The position numbers and the translations under genes were made by a program. The notes beneath the pieces were generated by a model. That model was not told where the DNA came from and made no database searches. It worked only from the letters and a program-made list of their open reading frames with translations. A DNA stretch of 64,000 nt from Setoptus koraiensis (lineage: Eukaryota; Animalia; Arthropoda). The stretch covers positions 10,726,001 through 10,790,000 of the forward strand of contig CM106586.1 of the NCBI GenBank assembly GCA_048013815.1, given 5' to 3'. Of this stretch, positions 41,295 to 51,929 are shown one piece after another (within the stretch, counting starts at the first letter, position 1; each line of letters begins with the position of its first letter).

Positions 41295-43337
41295 ATGATA
41301 CCATCAGATGATGATTTGACAAACAAACATGTCACAAACGATGATGATATAAATACAGTTACGTTGAATTTAGATCACGGCCAGGACTTAATTTATTGCG
41401 AGCCGCAAACCGCTAATAACAGTGCTCAGGCGTCATCTCAAGGCCATCAGCTGCTGCCAACGTCGCAGTTACAATCGTCATCATCATCATCAACAAAAAC
41501 AAAAACACAAATATCCACTCCGTCGGAAAATTCTAAACAAGGGGGCGCCCCAACAATTGCAGCCAACAACAAGGACAAAAAAGATGGCGCAGGACTGAGA
41601 TTGAGACGGCCTGCAACCAGATCACTATTACAGCATTGTGAGTCGCATGAAGGCGCCCCGTCGCAAACTATGACCAATATAGTTGACTATGAGCCGGATA
41701 ACGATGACACAGAAAGAGAGGAACGGGCTGCGGATAGCACCGAAACGGAGGATTACGACGACGAGCATGAAAGTTTGTGCTCGCCAAAACAAAGATTGAT
41801 ATTGGAATCGTCGTGTGAACAACAATACAATTACAGTACAACAACTGGCAGTAATAAGAGGAGTCGTAAGCAGGGGCGAAAACACACAAAAAGTGCATCG
41901 CCATCAAACAAACATCAACAATTGGCCACTCATAATAGTAATAGCAAAAAACATTTGCTTAAATGTTTGGTGGCTAATTCATCTACGGCGCTTCTAGAGG
42001 ACGTTCCATTGTCTGGCGATTCATTCGATGATACCAGCAGCATTGGCATTTTGTCGTTATGTCACAGTCCGGAGGAGTCAAGTCTTCAGACAGCCACACA
42101 AATATTTGTACCGTTTATCATAGCTGGTTGTGGCACTGTTGGGGCCGGCATGGTTCTCGACAATGTTCAACATTGGGATGTATTTAAGCATATAGACGAA
42201 ATTTACATACTATTACCGGCACTATTGGGCCTAAAAGGCAATCTGGAGATGACTCTCGCCTCGCGATTGTCTACGCATGCCAATTTGGGCGACATGAATT
42301 CTCGAGAAAGACGTCTGATGATAGCCACGGGAAATATCGCTTTAACACAATGTCAGGCAACTATTGTCAGCCTACTGGCCTGTATATTGGCATTTACTAT
42401 TAATTTCATTTACACTGGCTCCATTGATATCAACAATATCATATTAATTACAGCAGCGGCACTATTAACAGCCGCCATAGCCAGTTTACTATTGGGACTT
42501 TTGATGATTATGGTGGTGTTTGTGGCACAAGCGTATAATATAAATCCAGACAATATAGCCACGCCAATAGCGGCCTCACTTGGCGATCTTATCACATTGT
42601 CCTTGTACGCCTTTCTCACAAATTCATTCTACACAGTCTCAATGAGCTCGACTCAACTGGACTGGTTTAGCATATCAATTATCTTCATATTTATTCTATT
42701 AATACCAGTCTGGGCGACAATAACACGTACAAACAAATTTACACGCGATGTCTTGTACAATGGATGGACACCAATACTGGCAGCCATGATTATAAGTAGC
42801 ATCAGTGGCGTTATACTAAATTTTGCCGTGTCAAGATTCACTGGCATAGCGGTCTTTCATCCGGTCATTTGTGGCGTTGGTGGCAATCTAGTCGCTGTTC
42901 AAGCTAGCAGATTATCAACAGATTTACACAAATCTAGTCCGCTTGGAATGTTGCCGGTAGGTGAAACTACTCAATACAATCCATTAACTGTGATATTCGG
43001 TAAAAACTCCAATGCAAAAACATCAAGACTGTTGATGGCAATGGCTATACCGGGACATCTATTTTTTGCCTTCATAATAGCCACCTTTGAATCAGGACAC
43101 ATGAAAATAACAAGCTCATTCCTTCTGATTTATTCGTTTGCGGCTGAACTCCAGATAGTTATCCTATTGTATCTCGCCTACATACTGACAAGATTTATGT
43201 GGTGCAAATCCATTGATCCTGACAACTCTTCCATTCCGTATCTGACAGCATTCGGTGATTTCTTCGGTACCACATTCTTATCATGCGCCTTTATGTTATT
43301 ACATGTCATTCACGGTAACGAAATGATAAGGACGTGA
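41295..43337 (+). CDS. SLC41A: SLC41A family magnesium transporter (two MgtE repeats), intronless CDS
   Basis: PALLGLKGNLEMTLASRLST, NPDNIATPIAASLGDL, GVGGNLVAVQASRLST, DPDNSSIPYLTAFGD; long low-complexity N-terminus. Confidence 0.93.
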   Translation: MIPSDDDLTNKHVTNDDDINTVTLNLDHGQDLIYCEPQTANNSAQASSQGHQLLPTSQLQSSSSSSTKTKTQISTPSENSKQGGAPTIAANNKDKKDGAGLRLRRPATRSLLQHCESHEGAPSQTMTNIVDYEPDNDDTEREERAADSTETEDYDDEHESLCSPKQRLILESSCEQQYNYSTTTGSNKRSRKQGRKHTKSASPSNKHQQLATHNSNSKKHLLKCLVANSSTALLEDVPLSGDSFDDTSSIGILSLCHSPEESSLQTATQIFVPFIIAGCGTVGAGMVLDNVQHWDVFKHIDEIYILLPALLGLKGNLEMTLASRLSTHANLGDMNSRERRLMIATGNIALTQCQATIVSLLACILAFTINFIYTGSIDINNIILITAAALLTAAIASLLLGLLMIMVVFVAQAYNINPDNIATPIAASLGDLITLSLYAFLTNSFYTVSMSSTQLDWFSISIIFIFILLIPVWATITRTNKFTRDVLYNGWTPILAAMIISSISGVILNFAVSRFTGIAVFHPVICGVGGNLVAVQASRLSTDLHKSSPLGMLPVGETTQYNPLTVIFGKNSNAKTSRLLMAMAIPGHLFFAFIIATFESGHMKITSSFLLIYSFAAELQIVILLYLAYILTRFMWCKSIDPDNSSIPYLTAFGDFFGTTFLSCAFMLLHVIHGNEMIRT

Positions 43338-44169
43338 CAAAATAAAGAAAAACTAAATTCTATATATAATTTGTACACAATTGTGTCGTAGATTGATTGT
43401 TTGCCTTTTCATTGTTTTGCCGAAAGGTACTTTCGTCGCCTTTCTTAATGAGTTGTGACCAAAGCGTCTGGACATCGACTATACCCAAGTATAGCCAGAT
43501 TATCAACAAACTTGTTAACAATTAATCAAGCTGATGGTGGAAAATCGTACTGAAATATCCGAGCTGTCCCAATAATGCGAGGCAACCAGTATTCCATGTT
43601 TTCCGGTTCAGTTTTGAGAGGCAAGATAAAATAAAGTTTCTAATTTTATTGCACAAACTATACAAAAATCGGATTTGAGAGTAGTGTTTTCTTTCTGCTC
43701 TCGATCATGGGAGTCCAAAAAAGCTACAGTTTGTAGGACAGAGGCACTATCATTAGCATCATGGTGCCAGGTCACAGGTGAGTTGATCAATATGAAGACA
43801 CATTTATTCTGCTACCTATCCATCGGCACTCTTCTGCATGATGCTATAGTATTTCATTCTGCAGCATGATAAAATGGGGTAAACAGTCAAAAAGTTAATT
43901 AATACGAATTGTATGGATGAGCTATCAGTATTAAACTATTTTTAAACTATTTGAGCCATGGATTGTTATGATTACTTACATTCAACTTGATTTCAAATAT
44001 CTAAGAGAGGATTTTTCGTATAGTGAACTTAGACGCTACCTAGCATTGTAAAAAAACTTGATTCATTGCACTGTTACATAAATTATTATCATAATTATTA
44101 GTTATTGATTAATTGATGCAAGGTCGATTTATTTTCTAACAGACGGATAATCGCTAGAAACAATATAGG

Positions 44170-44583
44170 ATGTTCTATTCAAAATTGTTCATCATTTGCT
44201 TGATGGTCTCATTCTTGTTCGGTCTTCAATTGGCTCGGCGTAACGAAACTAACAAGCTCATGGGCAAGGACGCAGAAAGTACCTTGATCTTTAATGGGGT
44301 GCGGAAACAACTGGATCGAATCTATTTAGACGAACACTTCAAAAGAGTTACGTTTGCAGATGTTGTTTCGTATATAAAACGACCTAAATCCCTTGACATC
44401 AACTACTACATCAAGGCCAAGGTTGTTCTGTATGATCATATGCTTGACAAAGTTGACTACATTCATCTTGAAATTGTGTATCCTCATGCAAAAATAACGA
44501 AATATGTTCCCAACAAATGTAAAACGGACAAGCTTGACATCGAGGAGATAGAGACAACAGGACAGATACCGCTCAAGGGGTGA
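44170..44583 (+). CDS. Secreted stefin/cystatin-like protein lacking QxVxG
   Basis: Signal-peptide-like MFYSKLFIICLMVSFLFGLQLA. Segments GVRKQLDR, INYYIKAKV and DYIHLEI parallel stefin A KVKPQLEE, TNYYIKVRA and KYMHLKV. Confidence 0.6.
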   Translation: MFYSKLFIICLMVSFLFGLQLARRNETNKLMGKDAESTLIFNGVRKQLDRIYLDEHFKRVTFADVVSYIKRPKSLDINYYIKAKVVLYDHMLDKVDYIHLEIVYPHAKITKYVPNKCKTDKLDIEEIETTGQIPLKG

Positions 44584-45773
44584 TATTAACGGGACAAGTG
44601 AATGTTGCACCATCAATCAACAGATCTCCATCATGCCATTGGAACTTTAGAGTGTGTCCCTAGCCTGACAATCAAATAAATAGGTGAACTGAAAATGAAT
44701 CAGTGACAACCATTGATAGATTTGAACGTGTTTGAAACTCTCACCGGCCCTACATCGGATTGCAATCTCGAATTGTTTTCTTTTCTTGAATGTAAAGATT
44801 GTCTGGCAGATATCGTGACTATGTTTTCGATTCCGACAGAGGCGTCCATAGAAGAACCTGATTCAGCTTGTAGTCAGCACTGGTTCTTAAAAAAACCAAA
44901 GTATTAGTGATGACTGGGCGCATATTTTCAAATATTATGTCCTCTAGATAGTTTCGCCGGTGTTTGGTTTGTTGTGTTCATTGACCCGACAATCAACGGA
45001 CGAGTATAATGTCATCTAGCAGGATAGAAAATGCGGTTAGAACTCTTTAATATTGGTTTCAATGTGATTGTACGCTGCGTATTCATTAATATATTAACTT
45101 TTCTTCAGCTCAACTAAATCGCGTCTCTCGAAGAAAACAGCCCGCTTTACGCTGATATGGCAAAGATTTTTCCAACAGAAATGTGTCTTTTCGGCCTAGT
45201 GCTGAAGACAAGCGACTACATTTGCCATGTTACTAGATATACAGATGACTCGTAACTAACTCTGGCATGCTACTGGTATTGATGCCCATAATAATATTGT
45301 TTATCAAGATGTTGAAATTGATAAATTCTTTAGGCGCTCCGATCAATTGTCTAATTTTCAGTCATCTTATGTATAACGTGATAAAATTTCTGTGATCGGC
45401 GTCTCTTGTTTACTTGCTCCACAGTTCCGAGTTGAGACATTCAAAAAACTCTCTACAACTATCACACTAACCAGAGGAAAACACATTTGTCATGAGTAAT
45501 GTATACTGTTTCAATTAATCATCAAGTTTATAAGATTTTGTAGATTCAAAGTGAGCTTAGATGCTTCAAAATGATACGCTGATCACCATTGCATCAATTC
45601 ATTCCTCATCTGTTATTCAGATCAAAATTACCAACCTAGCAACGTTCCTCGCTCGATTCGACACGCCCGATACAGTCCCCGATTAGTTATTTGGCTAGCC
45701 CAAGAACGATTCGACTCTTCGCAAATTAGAACTAATCGTTTACAATCTCGCACTAACAGCTGTAGTCTTTGCA

Positions 45774-47819
45774 ATGTCCAATCTAGTCGCGACCATTCTT
45801 TACTTTTGCCTGATAGTGGCAACAATTCACCATGCTCACGCCCAAAATACTGTTCTCTGCGACTTTCAGCCAGCCAATGCGATTCCATTGAAAGAAACTC
45901 GAGGCACCCTTGTCATCAATCCAATAATTACGTCCAACTCAACATGTGCCTGGTTCTCGTCGAAATCACCACTTCTGCTGCATTTTAGGACCATCAAGCT
46001 GGATATTGATGACAAAATAGTGATCGTGTCGCCGTCATTAAACACAACCAAGGAAATAAATGAGGCATTCGGACTGGTCGCAATAGAAGAAGGCGATTGG
46101 AGAGTAGAGGCACATTTTGGTTCGAGTCATACAGAACGTCATCTAGATATTGGATACAGTAAAGATCTTGAGCTGAATCTAGATGTTTCTCAAGTCGACT
46201 ATCTGCTCATTAATAGATTAATAGGTTCGGGTGCTAAGAATCTAACATTCAATATAAATATGCAGCAGCCGTCTACTACTCATAACACACTTCTACAGAT
46301 AGAACCACAAAGAGATGCGAATTTGTTGACGGTTAACTCATCCGCACATCAGTTAAACAAGGCTGGATTTATTTACGGTGAAGGGAATCTACGAATTACG
46401 GTTCGCCCACAACATAATTATTTTTTTCTGACAGCAAAAAGCGTACTCAAGGCATGTTCTTCAAGTGCTATAGATCCGCTTGATCTAAAGCTCTTGTTAT
46501 CTTGCGGCTCCTCTTACGCTAGTTATGGCACTAACTACTATCTAGACGGTCCTTGCAAATGCGCCAAACTGCTGACGATGAGTGACCCTGAAGCATCTTT
46601 TCAAGTGGATTTCTCCTCATTCAAAGATGAGTATTTCAAGCGAGGCGACAAATTCATATTGGCAGATTCAAGCAGTCAAACAATTGTTGACAAAGAAGGG
46701 GCAATCAATTATGAAAATAGAAAACTCACCTTCAGAGGAGATGAACTTGTCATTTTCTATGAGAGAGAACCAGGATATAAGACCAACAGTCTGGAAGTAA
46801 ATAGAATATTGTTCTTGGAAGATCAACAGGCAGGTGTCATAAGGAAAACAACCATGAAATCGTTGAAATACATCACCTACACCTTTATGGCTCAACCAAA
46901 TCCATCCTTGCTTTTGGGATACCCTCTGCCACATCAAGTGTCAATGAAAATCTTCGCTAATAACGTGTGGTAAGTTGAAATGATTCGCCTCGGAATTTTG
47001 TTGGCATTTTAATGGTTTGAGGCCACATTCCCTCCTGTTTGAAGTGAAAAACAGTTTTCCGTAGGTCACGGTCCGCGCACTCAACATAGAAATTGACCAC
47101 TCGCTCTCTCACTGTCTCTTCTTTTGAGGTCATTTTTATCACATAAATATTCACTCTAATTATAAATATATCACATCAATCTCTCAATCATCTCCACACG
47201 TGTTCAAAAATGTGTCACATGGCCATATACGCACAATCATATGTGAAGCACACACAAAAAAACAAAAGCGAATCATTTCAACTTACCACACGTTACTAAT
47301 TTGGGCAAGCCATTAGCAACTTTCAAAGAGAATGAGGCTTTACCACCGATTATCTCTTTGGGCTACAACAAGACATTGGTCGTCGAGTTCAGTTCGCGCG
47401 ATGGAAATGCATTGACCAAGCTACCTGACTATCAGTTTCAAACACTGAACAATTCTTGCAACAAATTGTCTACTGGCCAATTCGACTATTTTTCCATAAA
47501 TAATATCACTCACAGAGAGTGCATCTGGCTCATCAGTCCCTCTCAACATCCTACCGGAACTTCCTTGGTTTTGTCGTTGGACAAGTTTGAGTTTCAAAAC
47601 GAGGCTGATTGTATCCAAGTAGTGAAATTGTCATCTCTTGGTGAAGAAGAGGTAATAGCTGAGCCTTGTGGTAAGCGCAGTATGAATCAGCCAGCTAAAG
47701 TTCTTTTGGATAAGAACTTTAAATATTACGTCCGGCTCACAAAAGACCACCGCACACCATCACTGTCGTTTGAATCGAGTTATTCTTTTGAAATGTCGTC
47801 TGCGAGTGCCAACAGATAG
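45774..47819 (+). CDS. Secreted multi-CUB-like domain protein, interrupted by a transposon at 46963-47293 (570 aa when the insertion is removed)
   Basis: Signal peptide. CUB-like motifs (CAWFSSKSPLLLHFRTIKL; CKCAKLL...FQVDFSSF; RECIWLISP...LVLSLDKFEF...DCIQV). The two ORF-track fragments join in frame (KIFAN-T-NLGKP) after removing the element and one TA. Confidence 0.7.
46963..47293 (-). mobile_element. Non-autonomous Tc1/mariner-superfamily element (internal-deletion derivative, MITE-like), 331 bp
   Basis: Perfect 26-bp TIR ACGTGTGGTAAGTTGAAATGATTCGC (46963-46988 and 47268-47293) flanked by TA on both sides (46961-62, 47294-95). The minus strand carries a transposase-like N-terminal stub (MTSKEETVRERVVNFY...KTVFHFKQEG). 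Confidence 0.9.
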
Positions 47820-48894
47820 GGCAATCAAGATTGTAGCGATCTTCATTAGTCTTGCGCATAAGTATTGCCAAATTATCTGATCTTTGAGTTGTATCAGCCA
47901 ATTAAACAGTATGGAATGGCTATGTTTTCCAATAATATTGTCTCGTGTTTACAGTACCTAGATTGATGTCTCTGCATCAGAAGCTGACAAATAAACAAAT
48001 AATGCCATTCGTAGCATCTAACTATAATTTGTTGTAAAACTATCATCTTGATGTTGCTTTCATTGTGGTAGAAGCTATTTTGCTGGTGCTTCACTACATT
48101 GAGCGTTAAGAAATCGTGAATGTCATGAATTCAAACTGGTATCTACGATGATTAGTTTGATGCAGGCAATTGAATTAACGGAAACATCTTAGCGCCGGGC
48201 TAATCTAGGTTGTAATTCTCACGTTTGTGTAAATTTTCAGCCACTGTGAACAATGTCATTAATTGCTTTCTATCACCATCTCGATCAGGTTTTGAACCAA
48301 AGTTAGGGTTCGCTCACTGGCTAATGAAGAACTGTCTGGACAAAGCCGATTCCGCGTCTGTATGTGATGAAAGAGCTAAAGAGCTCACATAACAACAACT
48401 CGCAACACAGTCATTTTGCGTAAATTCCAGGGAATGCCCCATGAGAATTTTGATGGATTTTAGAAGCCCCTAAAGCTAACTGCAAGGGTTAGTTATGAGC
48501 TGAAATCATAACAGAGACATGCTGCCAGAACTCGATGCACCTCGGGTCCAAGATTTGCTTTATTTAACTCGGAAGACCTTGAGCTTGTATGAGCCATAGC
48601 CACTCAATGTGTGCTTCATATCTTCTATCTTTCATAGACTTACCTTTTATAGACTGACCGCCTTCGGTGTTCGACTTTGACCGTCCGATCATTGCAATCG
48701 TCTTTTTCCTCCGGCCGGTCATAAATTGCACCGGGGCGTGTTGCGCGCCTTCGTTTGATACAGGCAATAATTGCCTCTGTAATACAAAGTTTGTATTACG
48801 TTGAAGTTCGTGTCCGACAATTCATCATCACCGCATAGGTAATAATTGTCTCGGGTGACGGTTGGTTCTCCCACCTACGTTTTTAAATGAATTC

Positions 48895-48967
48895 TAGTCA
48901 TGTGAGCGGAGGGCTAAGGGCGAAGCCCGGAACCCGAAGCGCTAGTCAACCCTACCCGAAGGGTTCT
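48895..48967 (+). repeat. Structured hairpin repeat, copy 1
   Basis: TGAGCG-GA-GGG-CTAA-GGGC-GAA-GCCC-GGAA-CCC-GAAG-CGCT, then AACCCT-ACCCGA-AGGGTT. Confidence 0.85.
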
Positions 48968-49271
48968 CAGCCAACCAAAGCCCAGTCGGGTCCGACCAGT
49001 CCGACTGCCACAGCTCGACTGTGAGCTTGGCAGCTGACTGGAGAGTCGGGCTGACAAGGAATCCTACTTAGGTGTTGGACTCCTATAGGGCTGTGCTTAG
49101 CCTATCTGTTCTCGGCTGGTCGAGCTGAGCACAAATAGGCTAGTCATATACCCGTTTTTTCTCGTTTTTCTTCTTTACTCATACTAAAAATTAGCAACAC
49201 CAACATGTAAGTAAAAAAAGTAAGTTTTTAACTACCCCCACCCCCCACCAGATTGTTGACATTCAGTGTAG

Positions 49272-49650
49272 GTGTCTGACACAGTTGTAGAGGATTCATC
49301 ATTGCCTGTACATCATCATTATGAACTTGTTGAAGACAAAGACTAAACATTTTGTATAGACAACGATGCTCTCTATGACATTTTCTTCAGAACACTCAAG
49401 TTATCTACGCCCACTTACGGCAATTAGAATCATCTTGTCTCAATGACAATGTCTGGCGTAACAACATGTTTTAGATTAGCTGGTCAATTGAATGCCGATC
49501 TGAGAAAGTTAGCAGTCGACATGGTGCCTTTTGCGCGTTTACATTTCTTTATGCCAGGATTCTCCCTCTTGACATCAATGCGATGATGAGATCTGTTACA
49601 GTGCCCGAGCTTACCTAACAGATGTTTGACGCCATAAATATGTTGAATAA
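49272..49650 (+). pseudogene. Beta-tubulin pseudogene fragment
   Basis: VSDTVVE...[78 protein letters not shown], then a frameshift to SVTVPELT*QMFDA. Several premature stops. Confidence 0.92.
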
Positions 49651-49690
49651 CACGCGTAGCGTGTTGCGCCAACGGGTTAACGAAAATGTG

Positions 49691-49735
49691 TACAGTAAAG
49701 TGTCTCTAAATGTCGCTGTCCTCTAAACGTCGCTT
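49691..49735 (+). mobile_element. Probable orphan end of a pogo/Tigger-type element
   Basis: TA-CAGTAAAG start with a duplicated internal motif CTCTAAA[T/C]GTCGC; no partner TIR found. Confidence 0.35.
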
Positions 49736-49879
49736 CATATGGTTTCTCGCTTATTTTCGCCGATGATTTGCACTTTTGTGTGCGCCAAATTCGATTCCAC
49801 GTGGTTCAACAATAGTTTTGTTCTCTTAGGATGCGTGTTCTGGTGATGACTTGACAAAAATTCGATAATATTCCAAGAT

Positions 49880-50295
49880 GGGTTGTTGTAGCGATCAGGT
49901 CCCCACTAAGATCTTGATGAAACTTCCGGTACAGGTCTTTTATAACCCCAATAAGTCGGAAAATTTGGTCCGGAAGTGCGGAAACTTCCGGTTCCGGTTT
50001 TATCTAAGGTTGGAGCTAGAGATCTGAAATTCACCAGAGAGACGTTCCAGGCTACGGGTAGAGTGGGTGTTCTAGCGATTAGGTCCCCACTCAGAATTCG
50101 ATGAAACTTCACACATGGGCCCCGTAGGGGCCCCATATCATAGAATGAGTAGACCGGAAGCCAGGGAACTTCCGGTTCCGGAGTTACCAAAAGATTGAGA
50201 TAGAGCTTTGAAAATTCATAATCGGATAGATGACGCCTAGCGAAGCACGATGAAATCAAAATTAATCTTCTGCCACTTCCGGTTACCTAGATATA
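49880..50295 (+). mobile_element. Non-coding interspersed repeat (two ~195-bp subunits with GAAACTTCCGGTTCCGG motifs)
   Basis: Shares motifs (GCGAT[C/T]AGGTCCCCACT, GATGAAACTTC, CCGGAAG...AACTTCCGGTTCCGG) with 51590-51835 (inverted) and 52630-52730. Confidence 0.75.
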
Positions 50296-50476
50296 GCTGT
50301 TTAACGCATAAAGAGATGTGGCCGGGCCCTGTGCGGTGAGCGGACCCATTCTGTGCCTCGTGCGCTGTGAAGTATGTTTGGCGTGTACTTCTACAGTGTA
50401 TGCGTAGCGCTACAATAACTTTGTGTAGAGCGGTGCTAGAACACTGTTTATAAACTTTCTTATTGTACTAATGGGG

Positions 50477-51096
50477 TCTCCACCAGCTTGATACAAGACC
50501 AAGCAAACGTATACGATGACTACAACTAGAACTACTTCTATTGCAGCTAATATCATTCTATTCTTTGTGAGCTACGTCTCACAATATTGGGTTGTTCTGG
50601 TTTGGTTTTACTTTATACTTTTAATGAATATGTATATCAATACATTTAAACATATAATTTATAATTATAATTCACAATTACTCTCTTACAAATAACTGAG
50701 TCAGACTGGACTTTACTATTAACGAGTAAAACTGTCCAAAGTAACTGAACTCTAAAACGAATCTATCTTGGATGTTGGTCTTATCCAACCCAAAACTAGA
50801 CTGAATCTATCTTGGATGTTAATTGTTCTAAACCAAAATCAGACTGTCGATCCGGAGATCGGCTTGGTGTATTTATACTATTTCTCTCTGGCTTCTCGAT
50901 CTTTCTCCAGACTCTCTGTCTGAGATTCTGACTCATTGTCGATGATTCATCGGTCAGAGATCGATTACATAGTTTTGTTCGTCTTCACGCAGCCACTGCG
51001 TAGAAGTGTTTTCATGGTCAGGTATTGTGCTTGACGTACGTCAGACGAGTGACGTCAGCGTCCTTGAAAGAATGAATGTTACTCCTAAGAGTAACA
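50477..51096 (-). mobile_element. Putative retrotransposon LTR (50489-51096) with an adjacent PBS-like sequence
   Basis: On the minus strand it begins TGTTAC and ends TATCA, has a TATA-like TATAAATA, an internal short duplication and ATTAAA, and is followed after 3 nt by TGGTGGAGA (complement of a tRNA-Ala-type 3' end TCCACCA). Confidence 0.35.
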
Positions 51097-51373
51097 GTTA
51101 GCGATATATGTATGATCGTGGTAATGGGCATAGCACTGGGGTATGATGTAAAAGGCACACGGGGTCGTGGTGAATATTCATCTAACTATAGAAGTATCCA
51201 CAGAGCATGAGCAGGCAACTGTTCTATAGCATAATGCAGGGTAGATGGAGCGTCTGGTCTCAACAGCGCGCTACATCCTGTATCCATGTCTGTTCCAGTC
51301 ATTTTATCCCTTGTTTCTTGTTATTTGCTTGTTGGTTCGTTCACTCTCCCCGCCTGCAGCTGTGTTTGGATTG

Positions 51374-51526
51374 CAGTCATATGAGCGGAGGGCTGAGGGC
51401 GAAGCCCGAAACCCGAAGCGCTCATCAACCCTACCCGAAGGGTTCCCGTCGCACGCAGTCGTCGCGGGAGCGACGACGGAGATGTGACGGCCTCCAGAAT
51501 ACGAGGTCGCAGGCTGACTTCTCAGA
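51374..51526 (+). repeat. Structured hairpin repeat, copy 2 (long form)
   Basis: Four consecutive stem-loops; near-identical to 53007-53160. Confidence 0.88.
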
Positions 51527-51589
51527 ACAATTGCAAACTCATCTTCGAGCGCTGCAAAGCATGAATTTCGCAACTTCAGGTCTTCTAAT

Positions 51590-51897
51590 TGCTAAAATAT
51601 CGCTATATCTAAGAAACCGGAATTCAATCAGAGCTGAAAAATACGCCATCGTTATGGGCGTCATCTATTAGGTCATTCTAGTGAGTTTCAGAGCTCTAGC
51701 TATAACCTCGTGTAAAACCAGAACCGGAAGTTTCCTGGCTTCCGGACTACTTTTTCCGTCTCAATCATGTCCAGATGGACATATACTGGAAGTTTCATCG
51801 AGATCCGGTAGGGGACCTAATCGCTAGAACAACCGGTAGAGTTGATGAGCGCTTCGGGTTCCGGGCTGCGCCCTCAGCCTCCCGCTCACATGACTGC
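51590..51897 (-). mobile_element. Inverted copy of the GAAACTTCCGG repeat fused to structured hairpin repeat copy 4 (51836-51897)
   Basis: Reverse complement reads TGAGCG-GG-AGG-CTGA-GGGC-GCA-GCCC-GGAA-CCC-GAAG-CGCTCA, followed by TGTTCTAGCGATTAGGTCCCC. Confidence 0.78.
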
Positions 51898-51929
51898 TAT
51901 CCATGGTGGCCACGTGCAAAGCCGATACA

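Noticed and set aside
44600-45700. Short ORFs and a good acceptor (TTTTCTTCAG at ~45108) between the stefin-like and CUB genes
   Set aside because: No exon combination gave a plausible protein.
51100-51360. GESERTNK...DWN...ALCYRT as a retroviral integrase remnant
   Set aside because: Similarity is too patchy, with several stops; it cannot be supported without a profile search.
51382-51425. Structured repeat as a hammerhead ribozyme (CTGA...GAAA)
   Set aside because: It lacks the N7-G8-A9 core nucleotides, and CTGA/GAAA is not conserved in the other copies (CTAA/GGAA, TAGA/GATA).
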